Of a DNA stretch of 64,000 nt, positions 13,257 through 26,164 are shown piece after piece. Below the pieces are notes generated by a model, which searched no databases, was not told the DNA's origin, and saw only the letters and a program-made list of their open reading frames with translations. The position numbers and the translations under genes are program-made. Source of the stretch: Octopus vulgaris (taxonomy: Eukaryota); assembly GCA_951406725.2 (NCBI GenBank), contig OX597831.1, forward strand, positions 46,066,001 through 46,130,000, given 5' to 3'. How positions within the stretch are numbered: position 1 is the first letter of the stretch; each line of letters begins with the position of its first letter.

Positions 13257-14135
13257 GTAAGTAAGTAAATATTCTCACCGAAATTGTCTTTGAATCAGTG
13301 GAAAAGCTACATAATAGGAAGATAGTAAGAATATTTCAAATAGTTGATGCATGATAACTCTCGTTAATAAAAATCTTTTGGTCGATTGTGTACTCTCGTA
13401 TTTTGTACAGGATGTGTATACTCGAGGTTTACACATAATGTACGATGTTTACATTCATATTTCTACTTCATGTAACATACAAACAACTTTATATGAATTG
13501 GAAGTAAATTGCCCTTAACGCACAGGACCTAGTTGTTGTTTGTGAAATCTCATAACGTTTGGACAGAGTTATCTTAATACAGATCTAAACAACAAACAAT
13601 GCTGTGCATATCAAGACACTAGAAGATTACACTTACTTTGAGAAGGAAAACAGCTTCTTCTGGAGAAGGGGTGCTACATCTCATCACATTTTAGCTTCAC
13701 TGGTTATCATGATTACAATTATATTGGAAATACGATTATAATTATATCATAATCACAATTATATATCAATATAATTGTAATTTATTTACTCATAATTATT
13801 TGGTGATAAACAAGTTTGGATATGAATTTATGTGAACAATTATTTCTTGCTGACTTCTGCGAAGAATCCTAAAATTTTAAAATCTTTGCTTGAAGTTCGC
13901 AACGTGGTTTCAATAGTGACGTATTTTAGTTGTGCTGTCATAATTATTATCACATTTATATGAAATCTTCAATTATATCTCAAATAACCAATACAAGTAA
14001 TTTTAGAACCTTATGCTTTTTTTTTTGCTAGGCTAGAAAATATTTTGAAACCAAGTATGGTCTTAGGAAAATTCGTTGAAAATTTATGTTGGAGTCTTGA
14101 GGAGAACGTTTCTGTTGTGACTTACATTTATCATA

Positions 14136-14481
14136 TCTTTATATATAAAAGTGAAGTTGTGCAGTTTAACCAAAACCGGGTGTCTTATAGTCGTGATGCA
14201 TATCGAGCCCTTCTGGGTATTAGCGCGCGTCTACGATGAGTCTACGATTTAAAAAATAATTTACCATCATTTTTTCCATTTTAATGCATTTTTTCGCTAT
14301 TTATATAAGGGAAGTAACTCTCTAAAAATGTCTACGATGAGTCAACGATTTAAAAAAAATTACCATAATTTTTTTTCCATTTTTAATGCATTTGTTTGCT
14401 ATTTTTTGGCTATAACTCTCTAAAAATGCTTATATAGTTATTTCCCTTACAAACCCGAGCAACGCCGGGCGATACTGCTAG
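14136..14481 (+). mobile_element. Non-autonomous Helitron
   Basis: A|TCtttatatataaaag 5' end; cccgagcaacgccggg hairpin and CTAG|T 3' end; no TSD. Confidence 0.8.
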
Positions 14482-14552
14482 TTGTTTCTATAAATGAAAT
14501 TTCGGCACTAAGTTTTTCATTACAGCTTTTGCGAAATTGTACTTATTATGTG

Positions 14553-15079
14553 CTAGCAGTATAGCCCGGCTTTGCTCGGGATTAAGTTGGATTATTAAGC
14601 TAATCAAGTTCTTTCTTTCAAACCAAACTAAGTAACATCGACGTCAAATTTGGGCAAAATCCGTTGAAATTGGTAATCTTTTGGTCATTTGCAAACTCCA
14701 GAGGTGACACTTTAATTTCTCCTAAGCCCTCACATCACACAGTTGTTAATGTTGATTTCAGTTGGGTCACGCCCTTCCAATTGCTATAGATTCGTAATGC
14801 ATCTTACGGCTGTGCCTGTCACCTGGATGGTGAGGAATCCTACGTTGGGAGTGGTAACGACTTGGGTAGGGTACCTGACTGCTTATTGTGATCATTCGTC
14901 TTTTGGTTTCCATGTGGCACGACTACCATTTTTTTTGGGTGTGTGAAGAGGGAAATAACCCTCATCTGCAATTTTGATTAAATTCGAAACATAGATATTC
15001 CAGTTCATTCAGAAAATATAACAGAATAGTCTAATTCTTCAATTGAATGTAACCGGGCAACGCTGGGTATCTCTGCTAG
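14553..15079. mobile_element. Two further Helitron 3' ends (minus at 14553, plus at 15079)
   Basis: ctagcagtatagcccggctttgctcggg; and agtctaattcttcaattgaatgtaaccgggcaacgctgggtatctctgCTAG|T, near-identical to the 29486 terminus. Confidence 0.7.
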
Positions 15080-15122
15080 TGTATATATATACATATACAC
15101 CCCACACATACACACACATACA

Positions 15123-15179
<57 letters not shown>

Positions 15180-15424
15180 TTATATATACAGATATATACA
15201 TACACAGGTATACATACTCAGATATATAGACATATACATACAGATACACACACACACACACATATATATGTATATATATATATGATATGCATATACCCAA
15301 ATACACACACACACACACATATATATGTATATATATATATGATATGCATATACCCAAATACACACACACATATATATATATGTATCAAATGAAATAAAAT
15401 GAAAAACAGGACACAAAGGATGTC

Positions 15425-15517
15425 GCGGTACATATGTTTCGAGCTTTATAGAACAACTTATTCTTACATCAATGCATAATCGACATAACAGATAGTTCAA
15501 AAGCCCTCTTCAGCCGC
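15425..15517 (-). ncRNA. Minimal type I hammerhead ribozyme
   Basis: Minus strand GCGG-CTGAAGA-GGGCTTT...AAAGCTC-GAAA-CATATG-TA-CCGC: intact core, stem I GCGG/CCGC, 7-bp stem II, palindromic helix III, GUA site. Confidence 0.85.
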
Positions 15518-15728
15518 ATGCAATTGCTACACCAAAGACCCGGAACCATGTGGTTGGTGAGCAAGCTACTTGCCACACAGCCACTCCTGTATATATGTAT
15601 ATATATATGGACCAATTGAGTAAACCTATCAGTAATGTACCTATAATGACTACTGGAAACAGCCGTAAGACTAAAATTACTCCAATAGAGGAATAATATG
15701 CAATGACCATTATTTATATAACGTGTCT

Positions 15729-15762
<34 letters not shown>

Positions 15763-15766
15763 TTTA

Positions 15767-15797
<31 letters not shown>

Positions 15798-15853
15798 TGT
15801 ATGTATGTATGTATGTATGTATGTATGTATGTATGTATGTATATATATGTAAC

Positions 15854-16050
15854 AATTGCAGCGTAGAAGGTGTTTATAAGCCATTTAAGAAACACACAAA
15901 AACCGTTAGATTCACTTCAACATTTAAATTGAATTTGCCAAAATATTTTCGTCGCTTTGAGACCGCGATTTAGATTTGAAATGTTGAAGTGAATCTAACG
16001 GTTTTTGTGTGCTTCTTAAATGGCTTCTAAACACCTTCCACGCTGCAATT
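15854..16050. repeat. Inverted repeat (~80-bp arms)
   Basis: aattgcagcgtagaaggtg...cttcaacattt versus aaatgttgaag...cacgctgcaatt; lies between (TATG)n and (TA)n. Confidence 0.85.
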
Positions 16051-16108
16051 ATTTTCGTTCCAGCACACGATCTCAGATCAGGTCACATGCTATGCAAGTG
16101 CATCTCCG

Positions 16109-16155
<47 letters not shown>

Positions 16156-16365
16156 CGATGGGTGGGTGAATGAATTATCCTATATTTACCGTCAACATGG
16201 AAAATTCGATGAACCGATACCAGGGTAGCAAATTCACGTCAGAAACACGGTTGAAGCGACCTATCCAAAGGTAGAAACTCCGGGTTCATGTGCTGAAATT
16301 TGTGTGTTATATATGAATATTTAAATAAATGGAGTTGAACGAAGATGTTAATAAAATTCCTTTAA

Positions 16366-16445
16366 TTTCGACATATGTTTCGAAGACAACATGGTTTTAT
16401 TCTAAAGGAATAAACGGTGTAAGATGCAATCTTCTCGTCAGGAAA
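16366..16445 (-). ncRNA. Minimal type I hammerhead ribozyme (left arm of palindrome)
   Basis: Minus strand TTTC-CTGACGA-GAAGA...TCTTC-GAAA-CATATG-TC-GAAA; all core nucleotides present, GUC site. Confidence 0.85.
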
Positions 16446-16534
16446 GAAAGGGAGCCTCTCTCACCAACAAGACAATATAATAATTACAATATAGTAATTA
16501 TTATATTGTCTTGTTGGTGAGAGAGACTCCCTTT

Positions 16535-16616
16535 CTTTCCTGATGAGAAGATTGCATCTTACACCGTTTATTCCTTTGGAATAAAACCATGTTGTCTCCG
16601 AAACATATGTCGAAAG
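16535..16616 (+). ncRNA. Minimal type I hammerhead ribozyme (right arm of palindrome)
   Basis: CTTTC-CTGATGA-GAAGA...TCTCC-GAAA-CATATG-TC-GAAAG; 5-bp stem I, one mismatch in stem II. Confidence 0.82.
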
Positions 16617-17240
16617 TAAAGGAATTTTATTAACATCTTCGTTCAACTCCATTTATTTATTTATTTATTCATATATATATATATACATACTTATATATGG
16701 TTACAAAATGTGAAACAACTAACTCTGAATCTATTGCTTTTGTATATAAGATAAAAAATATTCATATTATTTTTACTTAAACCACACTAGTGGGTGATAT
16801 GGCAGTCCTATATGTTTAACCAGCAATTTCGTCTTGTTGAAACACAGCAAAGCACTTATGATAGCTAACATTTTTTTCTTATTATAATGCACAGAAGCAT
16901 TTTTATCACATGTTAAAGACGAGATTCTACTATTTTTACAGACTATACAATTAAGATCTATCTTAATTCTGTTCTAGTATTGATAAATATTGTCCACCAG
17001 TCATCGACCCCAGTGTGCTATTTTGCAGATTAGCGCTCACGGCTCCTGTATGTTAAACACTGTAAATATATGTTTATCCATTTGTGTTACAAAATTCCTG
17101 ATGTGAAATCGTGCATCGAAACAGATATTGTTGTATTTCGGGACGGTCATTTTTTTTTCTTTTTGCTAAATAAACGCACGTACTATATATTTGTTCTCCA
17201 CTCATTTATTACTGTTCTTATTTTAATGCTTATCCATTGC

Positions 17241-17280
17241 CCGGAAATCTTTCGTCACACATCTGTGACCTCTTCAGCGA
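17241..17280 (-). ncRNA. Compact hammerhead-like motif (extra G after core)
   Basis: Minus strand TCG-CTGAAGA-G-GTCAC-agatgt-GTGAC-GAAA-GATT-TC-CGG; same repeat family as 34679. Confidence 0.6.
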
Positions 17281-18176
17281 TACTTTTTGTTTTCGTGTGT
17301 GCTCTTGCTCCACTTACTCCATTCTGCTTTTCTGTGATGTGTACCCTTATGTACGCTTGCGTTTGTGTCCGTGTTTGTGTGAGTGTGTGCGTGTCATTGT
17401 TCTTAGCAGCAGTATGGTCTTCCCCTCAGTCCCATCTTCTCACCCCTTTGTGCTGCTGCTGTCCCAGGACCCGATAATTTGATACAGTACCTGTATCTCT
17501 CTGTGTTTGTGTGTTCGCCCACGGTGTTGCCATCGTGGTAGTAGTTGTTGTAGCAATCGTTGTCACCGCCACTGCTGCGGTCGTTGTTAGCCGTGTTGTT
17601 GATATTGATGCGGCCGTCCGTTAAGTTATTGTGTGTGTCTATGGGTTCACTTCGCATGTTTATATCTATGCCCTTTATATAGATTAATTTATCTTTTTAT
17701 ATTTATCTATCTCTATTTCTTATATGTATCACAGGTATGTGCTTATATGTTTTTGTGTGTCTATTACCCTGTTTGTATCTGCTTTATTTACATTCTTTTC
17801 CACTCTCACCTCCTTTCTTTAGTCATGCAGCGTGGTGCGGTGGTGGGTGTTACTGTTCCATTTAAGGCTCAGTGGGGACATTAGCTCCTTTGTTCGAGGT
17901 ATAAGGACGTAGTTGCATGTCGGTAGCCAGCTGGAAAAGATGTTTTCCTGGCTTAAAAAGGTGGTAACATCGTCCTAATCAAGACTGGCAATTAACATTG
18001 GCAAACTGATTTTACTCTCCCTCTCTCTTTCTCTCTCTCCCTCCCTCCCTCCATCCATCCATCCCTCCCTCCATCCATCCATCATCTATCTATCTATCTA
18101 TCTATCAATCTATCTATCTATCTATCTATCTATCTACCTATCTATCTATATATATATGTGTATATATGTATGTATG

Positions 18177-18305
<129 letters not shown>

Positions 18306-18313
18306 AAATACAA

Positions 18314-18482
18314 AATGCGACAAGAACACAAAACGGGACAACAAAACATCCAGATAGATGTCAGCCGAAATTGCGAGGATGATCTGGTTCTCGACTGAAG
18401 ATAAAAGGCTTCAAATGACCCGTCGGTGTTTTTTTTATCGTCTATCTGGATGTTTTGTTGTCCCGTTTTGCGTTCTTGTCTC

Positions 18483-18484
<2 letters not shown>
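18314..18484. repeat. Inverted repeat (~45-bp arms) between (TA)n tracts
   Basis: atgcgacaagaacacaaaacgggacaacaaaacatccagatag versus ctatctggatgttttgttgtcccgttttgcgttcttgtctcat. Confidence 0.85.
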
Positions 18485-18513
<29 letters not shown>

Positions 18514-19649
18514 GATATATGTATATACCACATGCTTTCTTGTGGCGATTCCTGATCAATTTTCTGCGAATTTTGTTATTAATATTTTCAGTGTTTCAAA
18601 ATGTTTGCCAGCCTGTCAAAAGGAAGAAAAAACAAACAAAAAAAAAAACGTTCTCAAACCTCTTGTCGTGTCGATCATTTGAAAAGTAATGAACATTTGG
18701 ACATGAACTAAATAAAAATTATAATTATGACAGCACAATGACAAAACACACGTCACTGTTCAAGTTACATTTTGAACTTCAAACAAAAAATTCGATAAGT
18801 TTGGAATTCCTCGCTTAAGATGTCAGATGGAATGAAATCCAAATTTCTTTATTGTCTCCGGATACTAAAAACAGTGTTTCTGACAGAGTGATAATCACTA
18901 TAACCACAGAAGCTAAAATGTAAGGAGCCACACCGCTCACTAGTCTAGAAGCTGCTGTCCTTCTCAATGTTGGTATAATTTTTCGGTGTCTTAATATACA
19001 GTGTATTATTTGTCTTTTATGCTTTTCTTAAGATAGATCTAAATCTTACGAAATTTCACAAACATACTTACGTTCCATGTGTTTTAGGCAGAGTTTACCT
19101 TCAATTCCAATGATATATTTTTTTGATGTTATGATGTAGTATTTTTTGTCCGTACTTCATAATTGCCAACTTTTGAGTCGTAATGTATTATAGTTGAATA
19201 CTTTCTCACAGCTACATATATTATGTTAAAACGTCTTACGATCTACCTAGGGAAGGTTTTCTTAGAGTGGACTTTGTAAGTCATTCGAGACTTTTTATCT
19301 GTCTGTATAGAATTTTTGTTCATTAAGGATTGAGGCCAAGTTTAACGGAAGGTGGGGAGCATTTTGTGAATTGGACATTCTTTTATTCTTTTACTTGTTT
19401 CAGTAATTTGATTGCGGCCATGCTGAAGCACCGCCTTTAGTCGGAAAAATCGACCCCAGGAATTATTCTTTGTAAGCTTAGTGCTTATTTTATCGGTGTA
19501 TTTTTCCGAACCGCTAAGTGGCGGGGACGTGAACACACCAACATCGGTTGTCATGCGATGGTGGGGAGACAAACACAGACATACAAATACATATATACAT
19601 ACATACATACATACATATATATATGAAAATACACACACACACGCGCACG

Positions 19650-19694
<45 letters not shown>

Positions 19695-20019
19695 TCACAC
19701 GCACACACACACTCATACGCCAGACTTCTTTCAGTTTCCGTCTGTCAAATTACTCTCAAGGCTTTGGTCGGCCCGAGGCTATAGTAGAAGACACTTGTTC
19801 AAGGTGCTAAACAGTGGGACTGAACCCGGAACCATGTGGTTGGGAAGCAAGCATCTTACCACACAGCCACTCCTGCGTCACATGTGCACAGAAATCTAAG
19901 TTAAGGAATAGTTACATGTATATGTATAGGAATGTATGTATGGTTGAGTGTGTGTATGAATGTGTGTATGAGAGAGAAAGAGAGATAGAAAGAGAGAGAG
20001 AGAGGGAGAGAGAGAGAGC

Positions 20020-20050
<31 letters not shown>

Positions 20051-20732
20051 AGAACATATCAGTGTAAGTCTGTGTAATTATAGACGTGAACAGGAAACAG
20101 GTAGTAAATTTAGGGTCTTTTGTTGCAAGAATACAGCTTAGAAAATCTTAGATAATCTGTGAAATCCAGGATTCCAAAATAGGCTGCAATTCTTTTGATA
20201 ATGTGTCAAATAACTGCTGCTATCGTGGAAGACTTTACATACGGTGCCGTGCGTAAAAAAGTAACACGCTTTCATAATAGCGGTTTCCTTTAAAGGAGAG
20301 TCTTGGGGAATGGAAAAATTCACTGTTGGTTACGGTAGTGCTTGTCGTGGCGGCGGGTTCTTTGTCTTTGCATCTGTATCACAATCGTTTGTATACCACT
20401 TGGCTTTTACAAGGTATGCATGCATGGATATATGTATACATATACCTACATATCCGTCTGTCGTATTCTTTTATTGATTTCAGTAAATGGAGTACAGCCA
20501 TACTGGGGTAGAGTGTGTGTGTATGCGTACCTTCAAGTTTCGACCCCAGTACTTCATTCTGTTTAGTACTTTTTTCATAGTTTTATATAGTATCGAGTGT
20601 TTAAGTTACCATTTTGATATAACGTTATAACGCACATGCACGCACAGAACGTAAGTTTGGATGAAATTCTGCTAAGCATTTCGCCCGGCGTGCTAACGAT
20701 TCTGTAAGCTCGCCACCTTAAAAATAATAATG

Positions 20733-20801
<69 letters not shown>

Positions 20802-20983
20802 TCTTGATATGAGATCACCATGTCGCGCACATATGGTTGTGATGCATGTGCCTAGTGTACCCTTATCAGACGGGTAGTCATGATGAGTATACTGGGCTTC
20901 ATATATTTTACCCCAGTGTCACTTTGATGGCATGCACTGCTCTCTCACTCAATGATAATAATAATAACAACAACAACAACAAC

Positions 20984-21017
<34 letters not shown>

Positions 21018-21073
21018 GTAAAGATAATAATAATAATGATAATAATAATAATAACAACAACAACAACAACAAC

Positions 21074-21126
<53 letters not shown>

Positions 21127-21189
21127 TGATGATGATGAAAAGCTGCAAGACATAGGTACACTCTTAAAACCAAACGAAGTTGAAAAATT

Positions 21190-21900
21190 AGAGAAAAGAA
21201 TGAAAGTTATCTGACTAGCAGAAGGCTTTTCATGGTAGATTCCCAGATAATTGCAGCAAAAAGTAGTAGTGAGACATGGTTATGGTTGCAGAAAGGAAGG
21301 CTGAAAAGGGAGAAGAAAGTTTTTTAATAGCAGCACAAGCTCAAGTATTAAGGACTAATTGGATGAAAGCCAAGATAGACAAAAACCAAGTAGATTCCCA
21401 ATGTAGGTTATGCAAATCAAAAGAGGAAAGTGTTGCTCACATTGTAAGGGAATCTAACATGCTGACACAGAAAGAATACAAGAAAAGATATGGCAAACTA
21501 GGGAGAGTAAGCCACTGAGAGTTATGTAGAAAGCTAGGATTCGACCATACTAATAAAAGGTATGAACATGAAACTAGTAAAGTACTAGAAAGTAAAAAAT
21601 ATAAGATGTTGTGGGACTTTAACATTCAGACTGACAGAATAACAGAAGCTAGAAGGCCTGATTTAGTAGTAGTAGATAAAGGGAATAGAAAGTGCCAGAT
21701 AATTGGCTTTACAGTCCCAAATATGAGAGGTCCAGAAAAATAGCAAAGTACCAGGGCCTAGCCATTGAATTACACTGTGGAAAGTGTGGGTAAAATGTAT
21801 CCCAGTAGTTACAGGTGCATTGGGAACTATCCTTAAAGATCTGAACAGATGGTGAGAGGAAATAGGTATAAAACCCAATTTAATACAGCTTCAGAAAACA
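21190..21900 (+). mobile_element. R4/Dong-like RLE-type LINE remnant
   Basis: LIAAQAQ, CRLC...ESVAHIV zinc knuckle, LWDFNIQTD...RPDLVV restriction-like endonuclease; follows an (AAT)n tract. Confidence 0.75.
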
Positions 21901-22249
21901 TTTGATCATACACAATGTTTCTTTCAACAGGATAATTTTTAAGGTCGTGAGCCAATATAGCCTTATTGAAATTAGGTTACTTACTGGTCCCCCTCTATCT
22001 CTTATCATTATAGTATAGATTACAGCATCTAGTGGTAATACAAACTAAATTTTTCGAAACCATGATCATTTTAAATCTCTGCTCAATCTCTCATTGGTGG
22101 TTTGCGCATTATAGACGCAATGAAGATTTTTTGTAGGTTTTTTTTTTGGGGGGGGGGGGGAACTGCGTCCAGTAGCTATCTCCAGTATTTTGTTGAGTGC
22201 TGTGTTTTTCGCAGCGTGTTATTAAAGCCTTAAGATGCCGCTCAAACGC

Positions 22250-23056
22250 TCTACACCTTCTAAGACTTCTGGAAGTGAACCTAAGCGACAGAAAAAGGTC
22301 ATGACGCTCAATGAGAAGACACAACTGCTGGATATCTTCCGAGAAGGTAAAAGTTATGCTGCAGTAGGTTACTAGTAAGTTTCTGTGAAAGTGCCAAGAA
22401 GATAACGATAGTGAGAAATAAGCACTTCGTCAGGATGGGATCTGCCTTGGCATTGTGGATCAGTGACTGCAAGAAGAAAAACATAGCTTAGTGAACGAAA
22501 TCATGAAATCAGCTGTGTTGTTTTATTTGTCGGTCTTTCGGAGCTCATATTGCACTGTAGTTCTAATATCTACCGTTAGGCGTCGTTGTCACTCGTGATT
22601 CCTGCGATTGTTTTGAATTCCGATTTATTTATATCTGTTTATCGGTTACTTTCACATTCTCACACATTTGTGACTTTATTTTTTTCCCCTGTGGCTCCTA
22701 AGAAAATTCATAGTGAAAGTGCTAAGCGTCATGCTATAACGCTGGAAGATAAACTGGGTATGATAAAAAGCCATGGAAATGGTGAAAAAGTGATAGCAAT
22801 TGCACGATCTTTTTGAGTCGGACAACTGTATCGACGATTGTACATAATAAGAACAAGATTTTAGCACATATCAAATCTGAAGCCCCAGGGATGAAGAGCA
22901 TTGTCATCAATAAGAAAAGAGTCAAAATCTTTGAAGAAATAGAAAGTCTTCTTTCTCTTTGGATTGTTAGGTCGAATCGTCAGCGTGCTACTATTAGTAT
23001 ACTATTAATATATGAAATCATTCAAGAGAAAGCGTTGTCTTTGTTTGAAGACCTGA
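22250..23056 (+). mobile_element. pogo/Tigger transposase N-terminal (CENP-B-like HTH) remnants
   Basis: RHAITLEDKL...[16 protein letters not shown]...[11 protein letters not shown]; a second similar fragment at 22250-22490. Confidence 0.7.
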
Positions 23057-23067
23057 AGATATATAAA

Positions 23068-23159
<92 letters not shown>

Positions 23160-23320
23160 CTTACATTCATATATATACATTGCATGCATTCACACACTCA
23201 CACACACACACACACATATATATACATATACACATACATACATACATACATACATACATACATACATACATACATACATACATACACGTATTTATATATA
23301 TATATATATATGTATATACA

Positions 23321-23521
23321 TAAGTAAAAAAATGGAGATATAGCATTTAATAAAAATTTATTATCTGCAAAAATCAAACCTAGTCCCTTACAGCTGTTTC
23401 AATTAAATCTAAAAAATTAAATAGCAATTATTACAATCATTATATTAGGCAAAATCTCTTCAGAGGCGTAGAAAAAAGATAATAAATTTTTATTAAATGC
23501 TTTATCTTCATTTTCTTACTT
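23321..23521. repeat. Inverted repeat enclosing a hammerhead
   Basis: gcatttaataaaaatttattatct versus agataataaatttttattaaatgc, plus diverged flanks. Confidence 0.8.
23385..23467 (-). ncRNA. Minimal type I hammerhead ribozyme in the loop of an inverted repeat
   Basis: Minus strand CCT-CTGAAGA-GATT...AATT-GAAA-CAGCTG-TA-AGG. Confidence 0.7.
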
Positions 23522-23789
23522 TCTTTTGAATGATTATAAACCATGATTTATATATAAACCTATTGTTTTATGAATATTATTCACAACAAATATTAGGTAC
23601 TGATTCAATGGATGATACCATTCCTTAATGAGGCAAATTTAACCTCTAATTGAATATATATATATGGGAGTAAATGTAAGGACAAGTAAGTTAGGCAGGT
23701 CGATATACAAATAATATTAAATACATTTAATTTTTAAAAAATGTATTAATATCACCATTTCTCTTAAGTAAAGCCTCAACCTTCGCTTG

Positions 23790-24200
23790 AAAATATGCTT
23801 TCTTCTCCCGATCGGACATCAATATCATCCTGGCTGCAAGGAAGACTCTAATTCACTTAAGGATAATAATTGGGCCCGCAACTCATCTACAGATTTCATC
23901 GACACAACCATGGGCACATCGAACTCACCCCAGGTTATTGATCTAGTTGGCCTATTCCTTCTCTCCCAAATTAAACTATACTTCCCCAACCTCTCCGGTG
24001 GACTATACAGGGGTGACGCACTATTTTCAGCAACTGGATTATCTCGACCATCAGTGGAATGCACCAAGAAAGCCCTACACAAATTTTTAAAAAACTATAA
24101 CCTAAGCATTTCATTCGAAATTAACTCTAAGGTGGCCAATTTCTTAGACGTTACTCTCGATTTAAACACAAATCTATATCACCCTTTTAGAAAACACATT
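23790..24200 (+). mobile_element. Penelope-like retroelement RT fragment
   Basis: TMGTSNSP, GLYRGD (degenerate YRDD) and NFLDVTLDL...YHPFRK motifs, typical of PLE reverse transcriptase. Confidence 0.75.
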
Positions 24201-25911
24201 ATCTCTATAATGACTATTTCGCACTTGTTTTACTCGGAAACAATCTTTACGTTCAATTTCCTTGGTGTCGTGTCTTAATTTGACTATCCTTTCATATTAT
24301 TCTGACACTTGCTGTAGGTTTACATCCTGGTTTTGTTCCAGTTTTGCGAGAATTCTAGTTCTAAATTCTGCGACCTTTTCGGCAGTAAGATACTGTGTAA
24401 AAACCAGGCATTTGAACATATGTGGAGTTAATTCCTCTAACTTAAACATCTCGTATTCCCTGTTTACTCTGCCAGCATATGTGATGTAGTCCTCGTCGTT
24501 GTTGTTTTTTTCTATGTTCAGATACTTCCAACGTTTCGTTATAGCTTATACTTCATCATGCTCCGGAGGATATGGGGGGTTTATCCATATTTCCGTGAAG
24601 CTATTCCTCCTTACGTATATCCCAAGGTAAGTGTATATAGTTGAGAAAGCGGGCTGAGTAATGTATCCGGCCGAGAGAAGGGAAAGAGATTCAGTAGACT
24701 GATGTCCATGCGGAAGAAGAGTCAGCAAGAATCAGCCAGAGATCAGTACGGATTAACAACGTGTGAGTAAGACAGTTAGATACACAAAGGCATTTATAAT
24801 AGATATGTAGAGCTGAGTGAAAGGGGGAGATTTGTAAATAAAAATGAAAAGAAAAATAGAAATAAAAATAAATAATAAAAAAACAAAAGTGAATAAATAG
24901 ATAATAGGTTCTGTTAAAAGAGGCTGGCATTACTATTCAACAGGGTAGGGTAGGGATGAAATTTGATAGGGGTTGATAAAATCAAGGATAAATAAAGCAT
25001 ATGGCATGTTGTGGAGGTAGGCTCTCTCTCGAGAGAAAGGGGTAAAGTAATAAAATGGAAGTATGGAGAAAACGTCAAATAGCTAAGTATTGGTCTTGTG
25101 TGGTCGGAAAGAACTATGTTGATGTTTACCTGCCACTAATGAGAGCTAAAATGCTAGAAATAGATGCTCAACTACAAGAGGAGGTTTTACAACTTAAGGA
25201 TTTATAATTAGGAACAATATTTATAGATTAATGTGGCTAGAGTACTCAAAATATATATATATATATATTGAAGGAAAAGGTACTAATAAAATAAATAGAT
25301 ACAAAGTTACCTCAAGAATAAAGGATAGGGGATACGGGTAGATCTATTAATAATAATTTAATATTTAAAAGTTTTAAATAATCAGTCAAACCCTAAAATT
25401 AGAGTGATACTTAGAACTAAGGATAAAACAGGGTGAACTAAAATAAAGTAAATAAAACAAAATGAAGTAAGAAAAAGGTAAAAAAAAAATGAGGTAAAAA
25501 AGAAATAAAATAAAAGAATTTAATTTGATTTAATTTAATTTGGTGAGACTACAGAGATAGTGGCATTTGATGCATTTCAATAATAGTGGAATGTAGAGAA
25601 ACGGGTGTTATAGATATCATGTATGTTGATTTTCTTTACATTTAGACTTGTGGAAGAACTTGAATGGATGGAAGAATTTGTGTTTGCAGGTAGAGAAAGC
25701 TTCATATTGCCTATTAAGTAAATGTGCTGAATCATGTAGTGATATCTGTAGGGCCTCCTTGAAGCACAGCCCATAAGTGTAGAGTACCTTTGTTTAAAAT
25801 TAATCGCAAAACACTATCATATTTTATTTTTGCTTACTTCGCTTCACCATTAAACTAATTTGAATGAAATGATAAGCTTGTCCTGCCTTGATTTTGTTTT
25901 CCTTTTCTTTA

Positions 25912-25988
<77 letters not shown>

Positions 25989-26081
25989 AGTCGTCTAAGA
26001 GATCATAAGTCAGGGAAAAGATGCACTCGTATATCTGTCAATATCCGAAAAGTATAGTATTAAATATCCATCACGAGTGAT

Positions 26082-26164
26082 CTTACTAATCGGTTTCGCG
26101 CAAAGAATACAATGGAGTGTCAGGTAACAATCCGATTATATAACTTTACGCTCATCAGAGTTAG
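26082..26164 (-). ncRNA. Hammerhead ribozyme with degenerate helix III, 3' of Penelope RT remnant
   Basis: Minus strand CTAACT-CTGATGA-GCGTAAAG...CTTTGCGC-GAAAC-CGATT-AGTAAG; 8-bp stem II. Confidence 0.65.

Larger units (their letters stand above)
16322..16659. repeat. Near-spacerless palindrome (two ~169-bp arms) carrying two hammerheads
   Basis: Arms are reverse complements with about 6 mismatches; centre at 16490/16491; mirrored 63-aa ORFs in the track. Confidence 0.95.

Noticed and set aside
16329-16652. Two mirrored 63-aa ORFs (MELNEDVNK...)
   Set aside because: A by-product of the palindrome; no protein motif.
24526-24562. Hammerhead-like ATGATGA..GAAACGTT on the minus strand
   Set aside because: C3 is mutated and stem I is not contiguous; at best a fossil.
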